DNA of 64,000 bases from Marsupella aquatica (taxonomy: Eukaryota > Plantae > Marchantiophyta). The notes under the pieces were generated by a model. That model had not been told where the DNA came from. It worked only from the letters and a program-made list of their open reading frames with translations, and did not search any database. Both the position numbers and the translations under genes were made by a program. Within the stretch, counting starts at the first letter, position 1. Each line of letters opens with the position of its first letter. Shown piece by piece: positions 1 to 13,678 of this stretch. Location of the stretch: the NCBI GenBank assembly GCA_973895155.1, contig OZ316897.1, forward strand, positions 22,977,455-23,041,454. Reading direction: 5' to 3'.

Positions 1-600
1 TTATGTGGGAGTTGAGAGACAAATGTGGCTTGATTGGTCCTGAACCTTTGGCGGTTATGACTGGATTGACTAACAATGCTCATGGTGGGATATTGGTTGG
101 TATTTTGCAGAGATTCTCAATTTGCTGAGGTTGTTGATAATATTAGAGATGTTGCTAACAAGATTACATCTGATAGAAAGCTATTTGTGGGGAGACTTCA
201 CAAGCTTTGTGTGATGTGAGTGTAATTATGGATTGCCTGCCTAAATAGGTGTTAATAAACATTGTTTGAGAGTGAACCAAAAATGCACAATTCTTTCTTT
301 TGTTGGTCTGAATTTTGGAGATTTGAGGGCTAGTTTCAATTGGATTCGTACCCTCACATTTTCTTCAGGTTCTACCGGTAAGAAAAGTATCTTTGCACTA
401 GTCATGCTTCCCTAAAATATACCTTTATTCTCACTATGAGGCCCCTCAAGAAAGAACTCATTTTTGTTGGCTGCATGCTTTGGGCAGGGATATTAATTAG
501 GGTGTGGGAAGATGTGAGGGTTTAGATGAAATAAATGTTCTAGATGAGGATAATACCCTTCTATAGATGTTTGCACCTCTCAGGAAATTATGAATCAAAG

Positions 601-674
601 ATGTTACAACTTAAGGCATTCTGATACACACATCCGCAAGGGTCGGTGTATTGTTTGACCCCAATTGTGACCTT
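601..674. repeat. ~75-bp structured dispersed repeat, copy A
   Basis: Near-identical to 4433-4505 (aaggcattctgRtacacacatccgMaagggtcggtgtaYtgtttgaccc), with self-complementary ends gttacaa...ttgtgac. Confidence 0.8.
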
Positions 675-3600
675 AACATCAATAAATTGCAAACTGTTGT
701 CATTTCAAATAAAATTATCAGTTCTATCAGCTGGACTCTACAATTGGCATTACTTGTTTTGTGGGTACAAATAACATTTGAGGAAGGTGATTATTGGGAT
801 TAATTTAGGGTTAAGATGGGACAACATTTCCTGGATGGCCATAATCATAAAGGTTAGCAAAGTAATTTCATTGTTAATTTACACTCAGGCTGTGTGGTAT
901 ATTGTAGACTATCTTTCAACTTTTGCTTTACAATTTGATTGGCATTTTGGGCTTTGTTTGCCTATTGTGCCCCCCTTCCAAAATAGTAATTATTTTTTTC
1001 TAAATATTTGCAAAAGGCCTGAACAAGGGTGTCAAGGTATGGTTGCGTTTTAGTCAACCCACTATTTCTTTGTTAACATGTTTTAGACAAACCCGTACTA
1101 TCCAATTGCTCACCTGGCCTCCTTAATTTGTGTGTGAGGGCTCTTCCCATCTTTGCTAGCCTACTGCCGCCATCCAATTCAACCATAAAAGAGCTTTGGA
1201 CGAATGTTTTCTCTAACCTGCTCCCCAAACTGATATGCGCAAACAACATCCAGAACCAACATTGTACATCTATGGGGGCTTTTCTTCAGGGTTCCAAGAA
1301 CAATAGAGAAAATTAGACTCCATAACCCTATATACAACATTGACAAGATGCTTAGATGGGCTCACAAAACCAGATTATCAGGGTTCTATGATTCCATAGG
1401 GGCATCTTGTCAACCTTTGTGTCGATGAGTGATAATACACACATCAAACTATGCTCCATAGCACAATTTAGGGGTATTTGGTTGCCCGTTTGGTTGATGG
1501 CCCCCCAAAAGAAAAGTGTTGCTCCATAGTACCCCTGAGTGATCCGAACCGTTGATTGACCATGATAGAGTTTCAATCAATGTTCCCCAAAACTCAAGAG
1601 TCCTATCAAGTAACAATGTTATCTTAACAGAGGGCCTTTGTGTTATTGTTGGGTCCGATTGTGCCCATCAGAGTTTCCAGAACCATTCTTTAGGTCTATG
1701 AGGGCTTTTCTCTAGGGTTTTGAGATCCAGAAACTCCTCAGGAATCTGAGCAGTGGTATCTTTTCTTGATTTTGTGCTCGATCTTTGCGATTCATTGTTT
1801 TCATGTTTGCTTCATTGAAATTGGAGCTCACTGTTCTCTTCATGGTCTACTACTGCACTATCTAAATTTTCTGTAGTCCGTTTATTATAAAGTTTGCGCC
1901 TCAAGTGTCTAAGGAATCTCCATTGAATTCTGGTATTGACTGGAGCAGAATCATCATCGCTGGTTTCAAGGGGATTATGCTGACCGTGCCTTTCAATGGA
2001 AAATCGAGCTGACCTATAGCCTACATCGTGCGTCTATAGTCATACACCCTACAGGCAAACTCTGTAAGTTTTTTCTCCTACTGTGAGAATATTGCTCTGT
2101 ATCAATTGTATGATTGTGCGAAGAGCATTTTTGGAATGGAATGATCCATCAAAAAGTGATTGGATGGTTGAAAGTCTACCTTCCTGCGCTACATCTCTAC
2201 GATGCACCAACATAGGGTTCACTCAAACCTGTAGTTGTCATCCTGGTCTTTTTTATGATTATCCTCAAGTCTAGTGGAAAAGGGAGGGCTATTGTTCTTC
2301 TTGGGCTATCCTATCGGGAATCCTAATTGGAAATCTCCCGGGAAATCTATGATCCATGCAATTGATCAAAATCTACTATTGACAGGTTTAAGACCGATTT
2401 CAGCCTCGATGCAATGACCTCAATCTCCTTGTTGTACGCTTTATCTAATATATCATTTTGTGGTTTTAACTTTACGACTAACTTCCATTCGCTCCCGTTG
2501 AATTATTCGCTCCCGTTGAATTCCAGTAGATCCTTAGTGGAAATTTGTCTAACGTGTGGACAATCGAATCTCTGTGTTTCCTCACACCTCCAGTGTCTGA
2601 ACTTCCTATCCGTTTGATCGGTGTTGCTGCTCCGGGTGCTGCTCCCTCAACAGATGAGAGTGCTAATATTTCTGACTGTGCAGTGCTATCTGGACCGCAT
2701 CTGAGCTATCTCCGACAGTCCTCAAATTATTTTTGACTCGGAGTCCAGCCCTGAATATAAGTTGAACTTGCACATCAGTGTCACTTATTCAAGAGTACCT
2801 AGTGTGTTAGTTAGTGTCGAAAGTCAGTGTCTTCAAATTAAATGGCTTGGAAACTTAAGAACCTGGCAAAGTATTCCCAATACAGTATCTAATGACGTAG
2901 ACCCATATTTCAAAAAGTTGTTGTTGATTGTTTCCGAAGCGACTTCATTCATAAGTGAATGAAATTAAACATCGCTTGAAACGGCGCAGCTTGAATACAT
3001 TGTCATTGGAGTGACATAATTGAACTTAATTTAACACCAGTTGACCAGATCGGCTGTACCTATTGCACAACACTTACCTAGGTGCACAGTTTCCGCCATC
3101 AGCTATTAATTTTGAATTGATAGCAATTGTGGATAGTCCTTGTGAGAGGCTATCAGCTTTCCAATGAACCATGTGCGACCGACTTAGCAGAATTGCAGAA
3201 AGAGTACATATATTACCCACGATGGAAGAGGATTTGCCGCTCATTACAGTTAGTTTGGGATCAAGGGAATGACAAATGGTCATGGAGGGTTCAATCAGTA
3301 GTGCTTACTTACGCATACATAAGGCCTTTCCAATTACTTGCAGCAGGCAAGGGTTCATGTAACTGTTTGTGCTACTTAAGTACTTAAGTTCTCTTCAGAG
3401 CACTGTCTTCACGCCCAATTGGGATCAGAGCACTCTCTAGTCAATCGTTTGTGTTTATTGCCCAGGTAAACAGCTAGTGACTGTAGCTACTGAATTGTCA
3501 ACCAGCACATAATGCAGCAGTGTGAACATCATAGAACATTAGACAGCGGCATGCCGTCTGGGAAAACATCTCTTCTCCTTTAGTGAGCACCGATCCTGTA

Positions 3601-4015
3601 CAGTCAAGTGCATTCTGGCGACCGTCCACTTTAGCAACCTGCTCAACTTCCCGTTGGAAGCCATTGCTGGGAAGGAGAACAAAATCATGTCATACGGTCC
3701 GAAAAGAGTACTGCTTGGGAGCTTCAAATTGGCAAACACACTATAAATCCTGATCGCTTTGCTGTCATCGAACTGTTTGTTTGGGGACCAGGTTAATGAA
3801 TATGCACTAGAGGTTTGCATATATGCGGTTTGAATATCACACCTACACTAGAGGAAGACAACAGAATATGGTTGAGCTAAGATTTGGCATACACCTTTGT
3901 GACAGGTAGCTGCACTAGGGGATGACAGCAAAACGTGGTTGAAGCTAAGGCTTGGCATACACCTATATTACAGGTATTTGCATGTGTATCAATCAAGGGA
4001 TGCTTTATCTTGCAG

Positions 4016-6011
4016 TTTGAGTTTCCTGTGGTCAACAGTACATTGACTAGGGCTTTGAAGAAGGGCTCTCAGCTAAGGAAGAGAGAGGAAGTGTCCATGG
4101 CAGTGTACTCACAGCCATTGCAATAGGTATTAATTTTGTATGTCTTTTATATCCCGTTCAATCCATCCTTGGTTGTGTGGTCTATGGAAAATAACCTAAC
4201 CTTTTATGGGTATCATGTTTCTAAGTTTTTTGTGTTATCCACTTGCAGATTGTGGACAACCTTGAAAGTTGGAACTTTATGAGAGGAAATAGACCTTTTG
4301 CTACGAGGCACATTTACTCTTCTCCTTCATACAAACAGCGCCAAAAAAGTAAGTATATCATGAGCCCCCGTTGGAGAAGAAAGTCTTGTCCTTGAAATAA
4401 CAAAATACATGCTTGAAAAAATTCTAAAACTTAGTCACAAATCAAGGCATTCTGGTACACACATCCGAAAGGGTCGGTGTACTGTTTGACCCGAGTTGTA
4501 ACTTTACAAACCTAAAAATATATGTTTGAATTTTTTTTTAAAGTTACAAATTAAAGCATTCTTGTAGACACATCTATAAGAGTTAGCATCTTGTTTGACC
4601 CAAGTTGTAACTTTATGAACTTAATAATTTTTGTTTTCTTGCAGATGGTCAAACGAAAAAAAATCACCTGATTGAAAATAAATGTGAAGCATGGGGAGAT
4701 GATTTCTCTGTTAATTTATTTGTTCAAATTTGGGTATACTTGAGCAAATTGCACCTTGGAAAAGAAAGGTTTGCACTGTCTTGGATTCTAAGAGACGAAA
4801 AAGTTCTTGTACTTTTTGTTACAAAAGTACTCAATGTCACGCTCAATAGATCCTCAAAGTTTTCCAAAGCTATACTTTGGAATGGGTATAAAAATTGCAA
4901 GGAAAGACAAAATGAAGTTCCTGTGTTCTGTCCGGATACATGGAAAGAAATTGATGAAATTTTTTCCAATCATCAATGTAGGTTGAACTTACCAAAACCC
5001 ATACGTCAGTTCATTGGAATGTTTTCTCACTATACTCAAAAAAAACTTCAAACTATGAGAAAAGTTCAAGAAACCTCTTGTGCTACAAGTAGTTTTTTTT
5101 CTAAAGTAGAAGTAACTGTCCATCGTATCTCTTCCTCTCGTGTTGCACATTACAAAGGGTGCATCCTTGGAGCATGGAATGGTAAGAAGACTAGTTCTTC
5201 CTCTGCTAATGCTGGGTTTATATTTAGGGACTTCCCTAATGATTTTGTGATTATGGACAAAACCCATAACTGTACATATTTTTACGATAGGTCAGGATCC
5301 AAGCCTTATCTTATAGCAGTGGTTGTACGCCATCAAAAACTATCATGTGAAACTATGAGTTTCATTCAAAGTTTATTAGTTTCCTTATTTGATTCACATT
5401 ACGAGATTAAAAGGGGAAAAAACAAGGCATCATTCGAGAGTTACATGACAGGATTTGGTCCTTTTGATAATCCATACAAGTCCAAAAGAGTATCTTTTTA
5501 TACTCACAAAACAAAAATCAGGCATCTCTTAACAGACTGTGCACAATCCATGACTTCCGCCTTTGAGGATTTAGTTGATAAGTACTCTCATCTTGAGCTT
5601 GTCAACATCATTTTGGCTCTCTATATGTGGTGGTGCCCTACAGTTTTGGAAAGTTATTTCAAATACTCCCACCCATATCTTGCTCCTGAAGACCACGATA
5701 TGTCATTTTTTGAGAAAGAATTGGAAAGCAAAGGGCCAAGCTCTTATCAACTTTACATCAGCAAAGATTTCTGCACCAAAATGCACGAAGATGAAGACAC
5801 GGCAAAGTTTACATTATGTTATGCTAGTCATCCAGATTCAACAATTTCGCCAATCGATTTTGTGATTCCTGAATATGGAATGCGTCTGGGAATTGAAGAT
5901 GGCAACCTCTTTGCTTTCCGGAGTGATGTTGTACATGGCACGGCATACAGGAGCTCAACTAGTAATGCCGCTTATGTAGGTGCTCTTACGATAAATAAAA
6001 AAACTGGATAG
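4016..6011 (+). pseudogene. TET/JBP-like 2OG-Fe(II) dioxygenase gene, multi-exon, 5' part decayed; probable Helitron cargo
   Basis: Exons 4016-4126, 4249-4348 and 4645-6011 join in frame via GT-AG introns, with one in-frame TAG at 4124. The C-terminus has HxD (MHEDED, 5784-5792), then DFVIPEYG...GNLFAF, then the distal His (VVHGT, 5934). An upstream KRG..YMTGFG motif is also present. This is the DSBH layout of Tet-like oxygenases. Confidence 0.65.
4433..4614. repeat. ~75-bp structured dispersed repeat, copies B (4433-4505) and C (4540-4614), inside intron 4349-4644
   Basis: Direct alignment with 601-674; terminal inverted AAGTTACAA/TTGTAACTT. Confidence 0.8.
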
Positions 6012-6166
6012 ATTGTTACAAAGGAATCATAGAAATACTTAAATTTGTTAGATTGTACATCCACTTATAAATCTTTCAAAAATGATTTCTTTGTAGTCTC
6101 TAGTAGTGATCATCAAAACTTAACATTGCTAGACCTTTACAAATGATTAAAAACATTTTTTTCAGT

Positions 6167-6994
6167 CTATTTTGCACTACATTTTTGACAACTTCTATTC
6201 TCAACTATTTGATAAACATCCCAAAGCTCTTCCAAAAGTTCCATACGAGCCTCTTCTTCCTGGAATGCTGGCTTGAAAAACATTTTCAGCAACCGATCAT
6301 ATTTCCATCGATACATGGCTTTTCCTTCACAACCTCCACTGACTAGCCCACTACGATGAATTCTTGGATTGTCTATGCATTCAGTTTGAGTACTAGTATT
6401 CATGCTGTAAACAGTCATAACACTAATGTCACATGAATTGCAACCAGACTCTTCACCTGAAACACATTTAAATTAACAGTCCAATCAAATTCACAGTACT
6501 ACTCAAAATGCAGTAATCTAGATTGTCTCACAAAGATATAATTGTCATAGTGACTATTCACTCAGGCAATTACTTTTTCTGTCACCGAATCAGTCATGTA
6601 CTTAAAAGGTAGTACAATATAGCGTGGTGAAATGTTTGTGTGTGCTGATCTCCACAAATTAAAGTAACAAATAGTCTCACGCTTATGATAACATCCACAT
6701 AACACTACATGTAGTTAAAACGTATGTGTTCTATGTACATTTATGTTTTCCTGGAGATACTTCTATCTTAATACTTCCAGGAAAGCTAGAAGTAGCACCA
6801 TCATCAAACAAAGAACGCTTAGGAATATCTCGTAATCCACCTGCATCTCGTTTGTTGTTCATTCGAGCAATGACTTTCCCTGCCTGGTTTGCTGTCAAAT
6901 TGACCAAAATGTCCACACGTACTTTGAATGAATGACGTAGCTGTCTCAACTGATCTATCGCTGCTCCTCTTGTATGACATTTTAGTAATTTCAT
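6167..6994 (-). other. Small ORFs/exons downstream of the Helitron helicase, unknown function
   Basis: ORFs 6731-6994 and 6167-6418. The latter is preceded by a tttcag acceptor near 6458 and is Cys-rich (CNSC...CQKC). Confidence 0.3.
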
Positions 6995-7149
6995 GCTCTC
7001 TTCCTTGTCAGTGTTTCATTATCAAATGAAATATGTTTGTAACGTAGACATTCTTTTACAATGCCTGCACACAAGTCCAGATGTACATAAGAATCACACA
7101 ATATATAATCTAGTAAAAAGAATTTGCCATGTTTATATAGCTAAACAAT

Positions 7150-10100
7150 TTAGAAAGTAAGATTCATACCAGATGCCGGATACTCTCCATGCATATCCAA
7201 AAACATTTGTTGCCATTCCTTTTTAGCATCAATGAGAAGACTCATGCCCTTCACACTTATACCACCTTCCCACTCTGTCATCTCTATCCCCAATGAATCT
7301 GCATAGCTAATTTGTTTTGGTGTAGGCTCCTTCATTGGTTCCTCCCCTTTATCTTCTGTGTCTTCATCCTTGATATCAACAAGGATCATTCGTAAAAACT
7401 CTTCGGCTGTCATAACTTACCCACAATTTTTAAATTCTTCCTGTTTGTAACACAACTCAACATCACATATGTTAGACCAGGAGCAAACGCTTCAGTTAGC
7501 ACAACCAGAACTTTTCCAGTTAAAGTACATCCTTGTGATTTATGTCCAGTCATCGAATATCCTAACATTAGTGGAAATGTTGACTTCTGGTAACTAATCA
7601 TGTTCTTGATTCTTTTGTATTTAGTACAAGATCTCACAACTCTTACTAGTTTGCCGTTACTATGCAGTTTAACAATTATTGTAGACAAGTCATTCTCATC
7701 AAAAAGCAAATCATGTACTTCTCCACTACTACCGTTAGCAGCTTCATTTGAAATATCAATATTCTCAGTCAATAAAACTCTACAACCAATAGCTATATGT
7801 GTTAATTGATGAAACTTTGTGTCAGAGATCCATTGCTTTTGACCACTCTCGGCAGGAGCATTTGTATGGACATTAACTTCTACTATATGATCTATAGGAA
7901 AAAAATTTAGTAAACACATTGTATTATATTTAGCCACGTTATCTCTATGCGAACAAATAATCATAGTATTCTCGTCAACAAATCTGTATCCTTCTTGTTC
8001 AGAGACAAAACATTGTTGCAGGCAGTCGTCTATTGCATGCTGACTAGGATTAGCTAGACGGATAGAATTTAAGACAGCTAAGAATTGAGGGTCAGATGCT
8101 TGACGAATAACAGATGTCAAGTGATACCGTTGCATATGTTTGTATAATGAATACGAAGATAAATGACACTGAGTACATATATACTCAGTTTCATGATTAC
8201 ACACAGGAGGCAATTGACACATATCTCCTACCAGAACAATTAGCTTCACTGTAAATGGATCATTTCCGCGATCGTTACCTTGAAGAACTTCATGCAATCG
8301 TGAAGCTATGCTTTTCATGATTTTTGGTGTAAGCATGCTACATTCATCAATAACTATAACATGAGAAGAAGCCAAAGAATCAAAAACACTATTACTTCTA
8401 TGCAACGGTAATAAAGCTCCTCTAATTGGTATTTTGAATGCATGATGGACAGTCGTTGCCGAAGCATCTGGTCTAATTGCAGCAACTGCTGTAGTGGATG
8501 TTAAAAGCACGTTCTTTCCTTGTTGCTCCCAATAGCTCTTCATAAAACCCATAAAAAAGGTTTTACCTGTTCCCGGGGAACCTGTAATCATATGTAGACC
8601 ACTCTTTTGAGATTTCAGTTTCAAGAACACTTATGACTGATCACAAGTCAGAGTAAAATCACTTAAAGACAAGTGTTGTGGTCTAATGGTAGTTGTCTGA
8701 ACTTCAGACTGTCTAAAACCTCTATTCGAAGCTACATAAGGACCTGCAAATGATTCATCCCACAATGTGGGTGGAATATGACTCTTAATTTTTACAATCA
8801 TCTCTGCTTTGTACAGAGAAGAGTATAGGTTTTTATCTGCGTAATCACATATCAGGTTTTCTATATCCTTATCACAACTAATTAATTTCCGATACACACA
8901 TTCATGGAGATATGTCCAATCAGAATCTGTCCTAAGCAATAGCTCAACTTCAGACCAAAAATGTACATGTCTAAGAAGAACATTATAAAAAAACTGATTA
9001 GAATGGTACACAGGGTGAAAGTCTGAAAAGCGTACCAACTTAGTAGTAGTGAACACATAGTTCCCTTGAAAGTCTACATCCACAAAATCTATTTCTCTAC
9101 TTTTTTCAGGCAACACTTCATAATTCCGAAAATACTCATAAAATGACAAGTTTCCTAACCTCAAAGGTCTCAAAGCATATACCTGGATAGGGTGAAGACA
9201 GACTACTGAAGCTTTTCGATATAGAGAAGTACGTCTATCTGGTGGAGAGGAATCCACAAGAGTGACGGATGATGATCTATGTATAGTAGAAATTTGTAAA
9301 CACGTTAGTGCTGCTTCTGTAGAAGAAATAGGTCTTGACAGAACAGCACTGGAAACCAACTTTAACTGGGTATCACTCAATGCATCTAATCCTAAAGACT
9401 TAGCATTTTCAAGATTAATATTCAATGAACCCATTGGTTCACATTTGATAGCATATTTAAGTAGGTAGAAAGACCATGCTTCATTTGTCACTCTTTGGAG
9501 GTTCATATGGGCACCCCACAATGATAAAATGACAGGATGATATGGAACAACATTTCTGTGTTCCACTCCTGGACGAAAATATCACCATTTTCCGCTTCGA
9601 GGGTCAATAGAAGGACTCAGTCTTCTCCATGTGCGGTTCATGCGGAAAACCCATTTTACAATATCGTAAACCGGTATCGCTATCAATATGAATACACACT
9701 CCTTCCTTGCAACGATGCAGTTGCTTTGAAGTGACATATCCATACAATAATTTAGTCATCGGGTTATCAAACTGTTCAATAAACTTACCAGAACTATCAT
9801 CAAAATGAGCTGGAATGTAAGCACAGATCTCACTACTGACCCTATCTACATCATCTAAAGTACACCAAAGCGGAATGTGTGCATGCAAAGAGTTCCTACC
9901 TTGGCATTCATACCGGACAATGTAATGTTCCACTTTTCCTAAGACACCATTTTCACCGCAATGAATGTACTTTCTAAGAAAACTTTGAACACGGGTATGG
10001 AATATCATTGCACACTCTACAGGACAATCTTTCCATGTTGAGGTTGCATTGATACACTTTACAACTTTCTCTAGGTCATCAATCTCTACCCATCTAGTAG

Positions 10101-11429
10101 GGCTCACTTCATCACAAGTAAGAGTGAGGAAAAAAGAAGGCAAACCCCAGTACTGAACCATGCACATCAGGTCCTTCAAATGACGACTGTGCCAACCTGG
10201 ACTACCCGGGACTGAGCATGATATATTCTGCTTTATCATTAATCGGAAAATTTCCTCTTCTGTTAGGTCTGGTTTAATGCTTCTAAGTGTACTATACTCT
10301 TTATCTAATATATAAGTTTTTGTCATTGAAGCTAGCTGTATTGCCTGTCGTAGTTGGTAACTAATAAGCATATATGGTTTGTACAACGTAAATGGACTAA
10401 ACAATTGTTGAGTTCTTCTCTTAATATACTCAGCAAATGTTAGACCACCGCAGTAATGACCATGTTGATAAGGGAATAAAAATGGAAACATTGTTGTCTC
10501 CAATGTCACATCCTGGTCTTCAGACACACCATCCCCGTTAGTCACCATTGGCTCTCTTAGTAATAAAGCATTCTTATAGTGCAGGTTTCCAGACTCAAAA
10601 AGATCATACTTACGCTTCCTAGATACAGGTATTGAATATGACACATCATGAAGTATTTGAATATCTGGATCATACGGATTGACTGTCATAGAATAAGTTG
10701 CAATCCCTTTTTCTCTTTGATTTTCTAAGATATTCTGCACTGCATCAGGTGTTAGAATACAAACTCCAAGTGAAGGATCCGGAGTTTCGAGCAGACAGAA
10801 ATATCTTTTAAATAGTTTGTTAACAAGCAAGTTAGTCGCAAACACCTCGTAAACCTGATTCATAATCATACCAATATTATTACACTGTAATGTATCCAGA
10901 TTCCAACAAATAAGCGGACTATCTAGTAAGCTCTCGTTGAGTACAAAACCTGAATGAAACCCATTAAACTTGTTTATTATCCCCAGTCGACAATCTATTA
11001 AAGATAAGAGTTGTAGATACAGGGGTTTTGCTTTTAGAATAGACCGAATATATGAAGGTGACATGAAGGATAATAGACTTCCTCTATCTCTATCCTTTAC
11101 ACAAGCCATGCACATATTGTAATGCATGTTATCAACGTGTATGTAAGGTATTAGAAATGCATTACAATATGCATACGGAGCTATCCTGTACTATCTACAC
11201 GCACAATTTCAAACAATTTCTGTTCTAAGTTATTTCCATAACATACAAATCCACAATTTCCACAGACTTTCATGTTCCGAATGGTTTTTTGACATAGGCC
11301 CTTCCATTCCCTACATAAGATATCAACATTCGGCCAATGCCTTGCAGACGGTCTAGTTGAATTCCTTTGCAGATTAAATGTTCGTTGTCGCGCAATTTCC
11401 CGACGCAGGTTTAATGAACGTAAAGACAT
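7150..11429 (-). mobile_element. Helitron RepHel gene (HUH Rep + PIF1/SF1B helicase), pseudogenised
   Basis: Rep motifs PSFFLTLTCDE, YECQGRNSLHAHIPLW (HUH) and YLLKYAIK. Helicase motifs GSPGTGKT, IVIDECSM, GDMCQLPPV, RQASD, FPLMLGYSMTGHKSQG and YVMLS. Broken by a stop at 8631-8633 and frameshifts near 9570-9604, 11130-11180 and 7410. Termini not identified. Confidence 0.92.
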
Positions 11430-11756
11430 AGCTCATAGAGAATATTTACCTCTCACCAATCTGTCGCAAAAATGCAAAGCTCAGGAATGTTGATCGTAGC
11501 TAGCGTGCAAACAGCTCAAGATCTTGCACTAAACACAATAGATAAATCTGCATTGTGACATGTAAAGTAACACATATCAATGACAGACAAAAATGATCAA
11601 GTGACCCACAAAGCAAAGTAGTCCAGAACTTAACATAGAATCAAACATCGTCAATTGTGCGTAAAAGTTAGACACTTACTTTGTCAAATGCATCAAACAT
11701 AGACTGAAGTGGCCAACTTATACTCAGTCAGTCCACTTGAACTGTGTGAGCATGCC

Positions 11757-11862
11757 TTGGATACCCGTTTGAACAGCTTGGATACCCGTTCGAACAACTT
11801 GGATACCCGTTTGAACACCGCACACATCTGACTTATGAACACATTGGATACCCGTTCGAACA
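11757..11862. repeat. Four copies of ttggatacccgtt(t/c)gaaca, three in 21-bp tandem phase
   Basis: Copies start at 11757, 11778, 11799 and 11844. Confidence 0.9.
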
Positions 11863-13486
11863 CCTAACACATCTTATCTACCTACATAGTAGTAAATCTA
11901 CTTAGACAACAAATCCAACTAATTCATCCATATATGGCGGTGCTTTATAATTGTCTTTGTTGGGTATAATTGTCTGTGGTGGGTTGTTTAAAGACCCAAA
12001 AAAAAGCATTAGTGAAACATTACGCTTGGCCCTTATTTAATGTTTTCACGCACCTTCACAATAAGGCTACTTGAAGGTGTTATGCATGTCTCATAAATAC
12101 AAGGATAAAGGTACAATAACAAACTCTAGACAAAGAATCTATCGAAATATGGCGGCGTAACATAGCCGAGTTCATTGACACATATTGGACACAACCTAAT
12201 TGTAACTTCACAAACAATAATTATCACTTTGCGCGTGGCAAGTGGCATCAACCCCACACGCGTTACAATTCTCGCACGCCTTATTGGTCAAACACACATT
12301 ACATTTTTTGTACAAGTAAAACCTGTCCATTGATTACGGACTAAACCACGTTACACAGTGATGACCATTGATAAAACACTATCAACGGTTCTAAATAAAT
12401 TCTTGTCACATTTTTGCCTTATGTACTATCCAAGTTTATATTAGAATTTGGCACCATAAAACATGTATCATTTGTGCATAGAAACGATCAATATTCTTCA
12501 TGCTAGTCACACGTGTGTTCTCAACCATCACACGAGTGACAACCCACGTTGCACGATCTACACCATCGATAAATAAAATCCAACGAACATGAATTGCCTG
12601 GTGACGTGCAATTTTCTTGTTATTTATAAATTTACAAGAGTCTCTAACTGGACCCGTAAACATCAGCTGCTTTTGGGTAGATGTTTCACTACTGAGAAAA
12701 TATCCCAAGTAATTTTTGCAGACTCCTTGACCAGCTGTAAAATGTTAGCTTTTTGCAGACTTGTGCATCTGATTTTTGGAAGACTTGGAAATCTATTTGG
12801 ACAATTTTTGGATTTTTCAATCTCTTGCCTGACAAAGTTTGAGATTTTTTTTTAGACCATTTGCTTCAATGCCTATGAGTGCAAAATTGGACAGATGTTA
12901 TAAACCAAATTGTTAACGTCTTGAGTAGTTTGGCAACAGCTCCAAAACTATGCTTAAATTGGGAAGGACATTTTATGAAGGATACCCTGAGAAGTTTGGG
13001 CATGAGCAACTACTTATCACTTTGAGAAGAACACTTCACTTTTGTCAATACAACTGGAGTAGTTTGTCCATGAGCAAACTTAACATCACATACACGGTCA
13101 GGACCAACGCAAACTGACATGAATCTGTTTACAGTTCACATTTCAGTCAAAATTGTAAATTGTGTTATCCAAATATTTCTTGATGTTCTCTGTCAGTCCA
13201 TCCCAACTTTGGGAATTTAGGGCTTCACAGCAAGCCCCTCAGTCCATCCGGGCTAAATATTTGTTTATTCATGTTCAAAATAATACATGTACTGGAAAAT
13301 CAGTGTTTATATCAGAAGTCTTAGCACGCTCTTAACATTACATTGCATCATAAAAAACACCCAAAAAAACATTATATCACAAAATTCTTTCTAGGTTGAA
13401 GAACTCTAAAATATTTTGTCAATGATATCTAAAATTTTAATAACTTATTATGTTTTGAGTGGATCTGAGCTTTTACGTTAGTCTGT

Positions 13487-13678
13487 AAAGTCACTCTTTG
13501 CTAGTCAAATTCTACAATTTGTTTTCTCTACCAGTGGGATATGCAAATAAGAAAGTCACTCTTTGCTAGCCAAATCTACATTTTGTCTTTTGTACCAGTG
13601 GGATATGCATATAAGAAAGTCACTCTTTGCTAGTCAAATTCTACAATGTCTTTTGTACCAGTGGGATATGCACATAAG
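13487..13678. repeat. Tandem repeat, 3 x ~64 bp
   Basis: Unit aaagtcactctttgctag...ccagtgggatatgca.ataag at 13487, 13552 and 13616. Confidence 0.9.

Noticed and set aside
1-4015. Possible further upstream exons of the TET-like gene or other Helitron cargo
   Set aside because: Splice-like signals and coding-like patches exist, but the frames are too disrupted to reconstruct.
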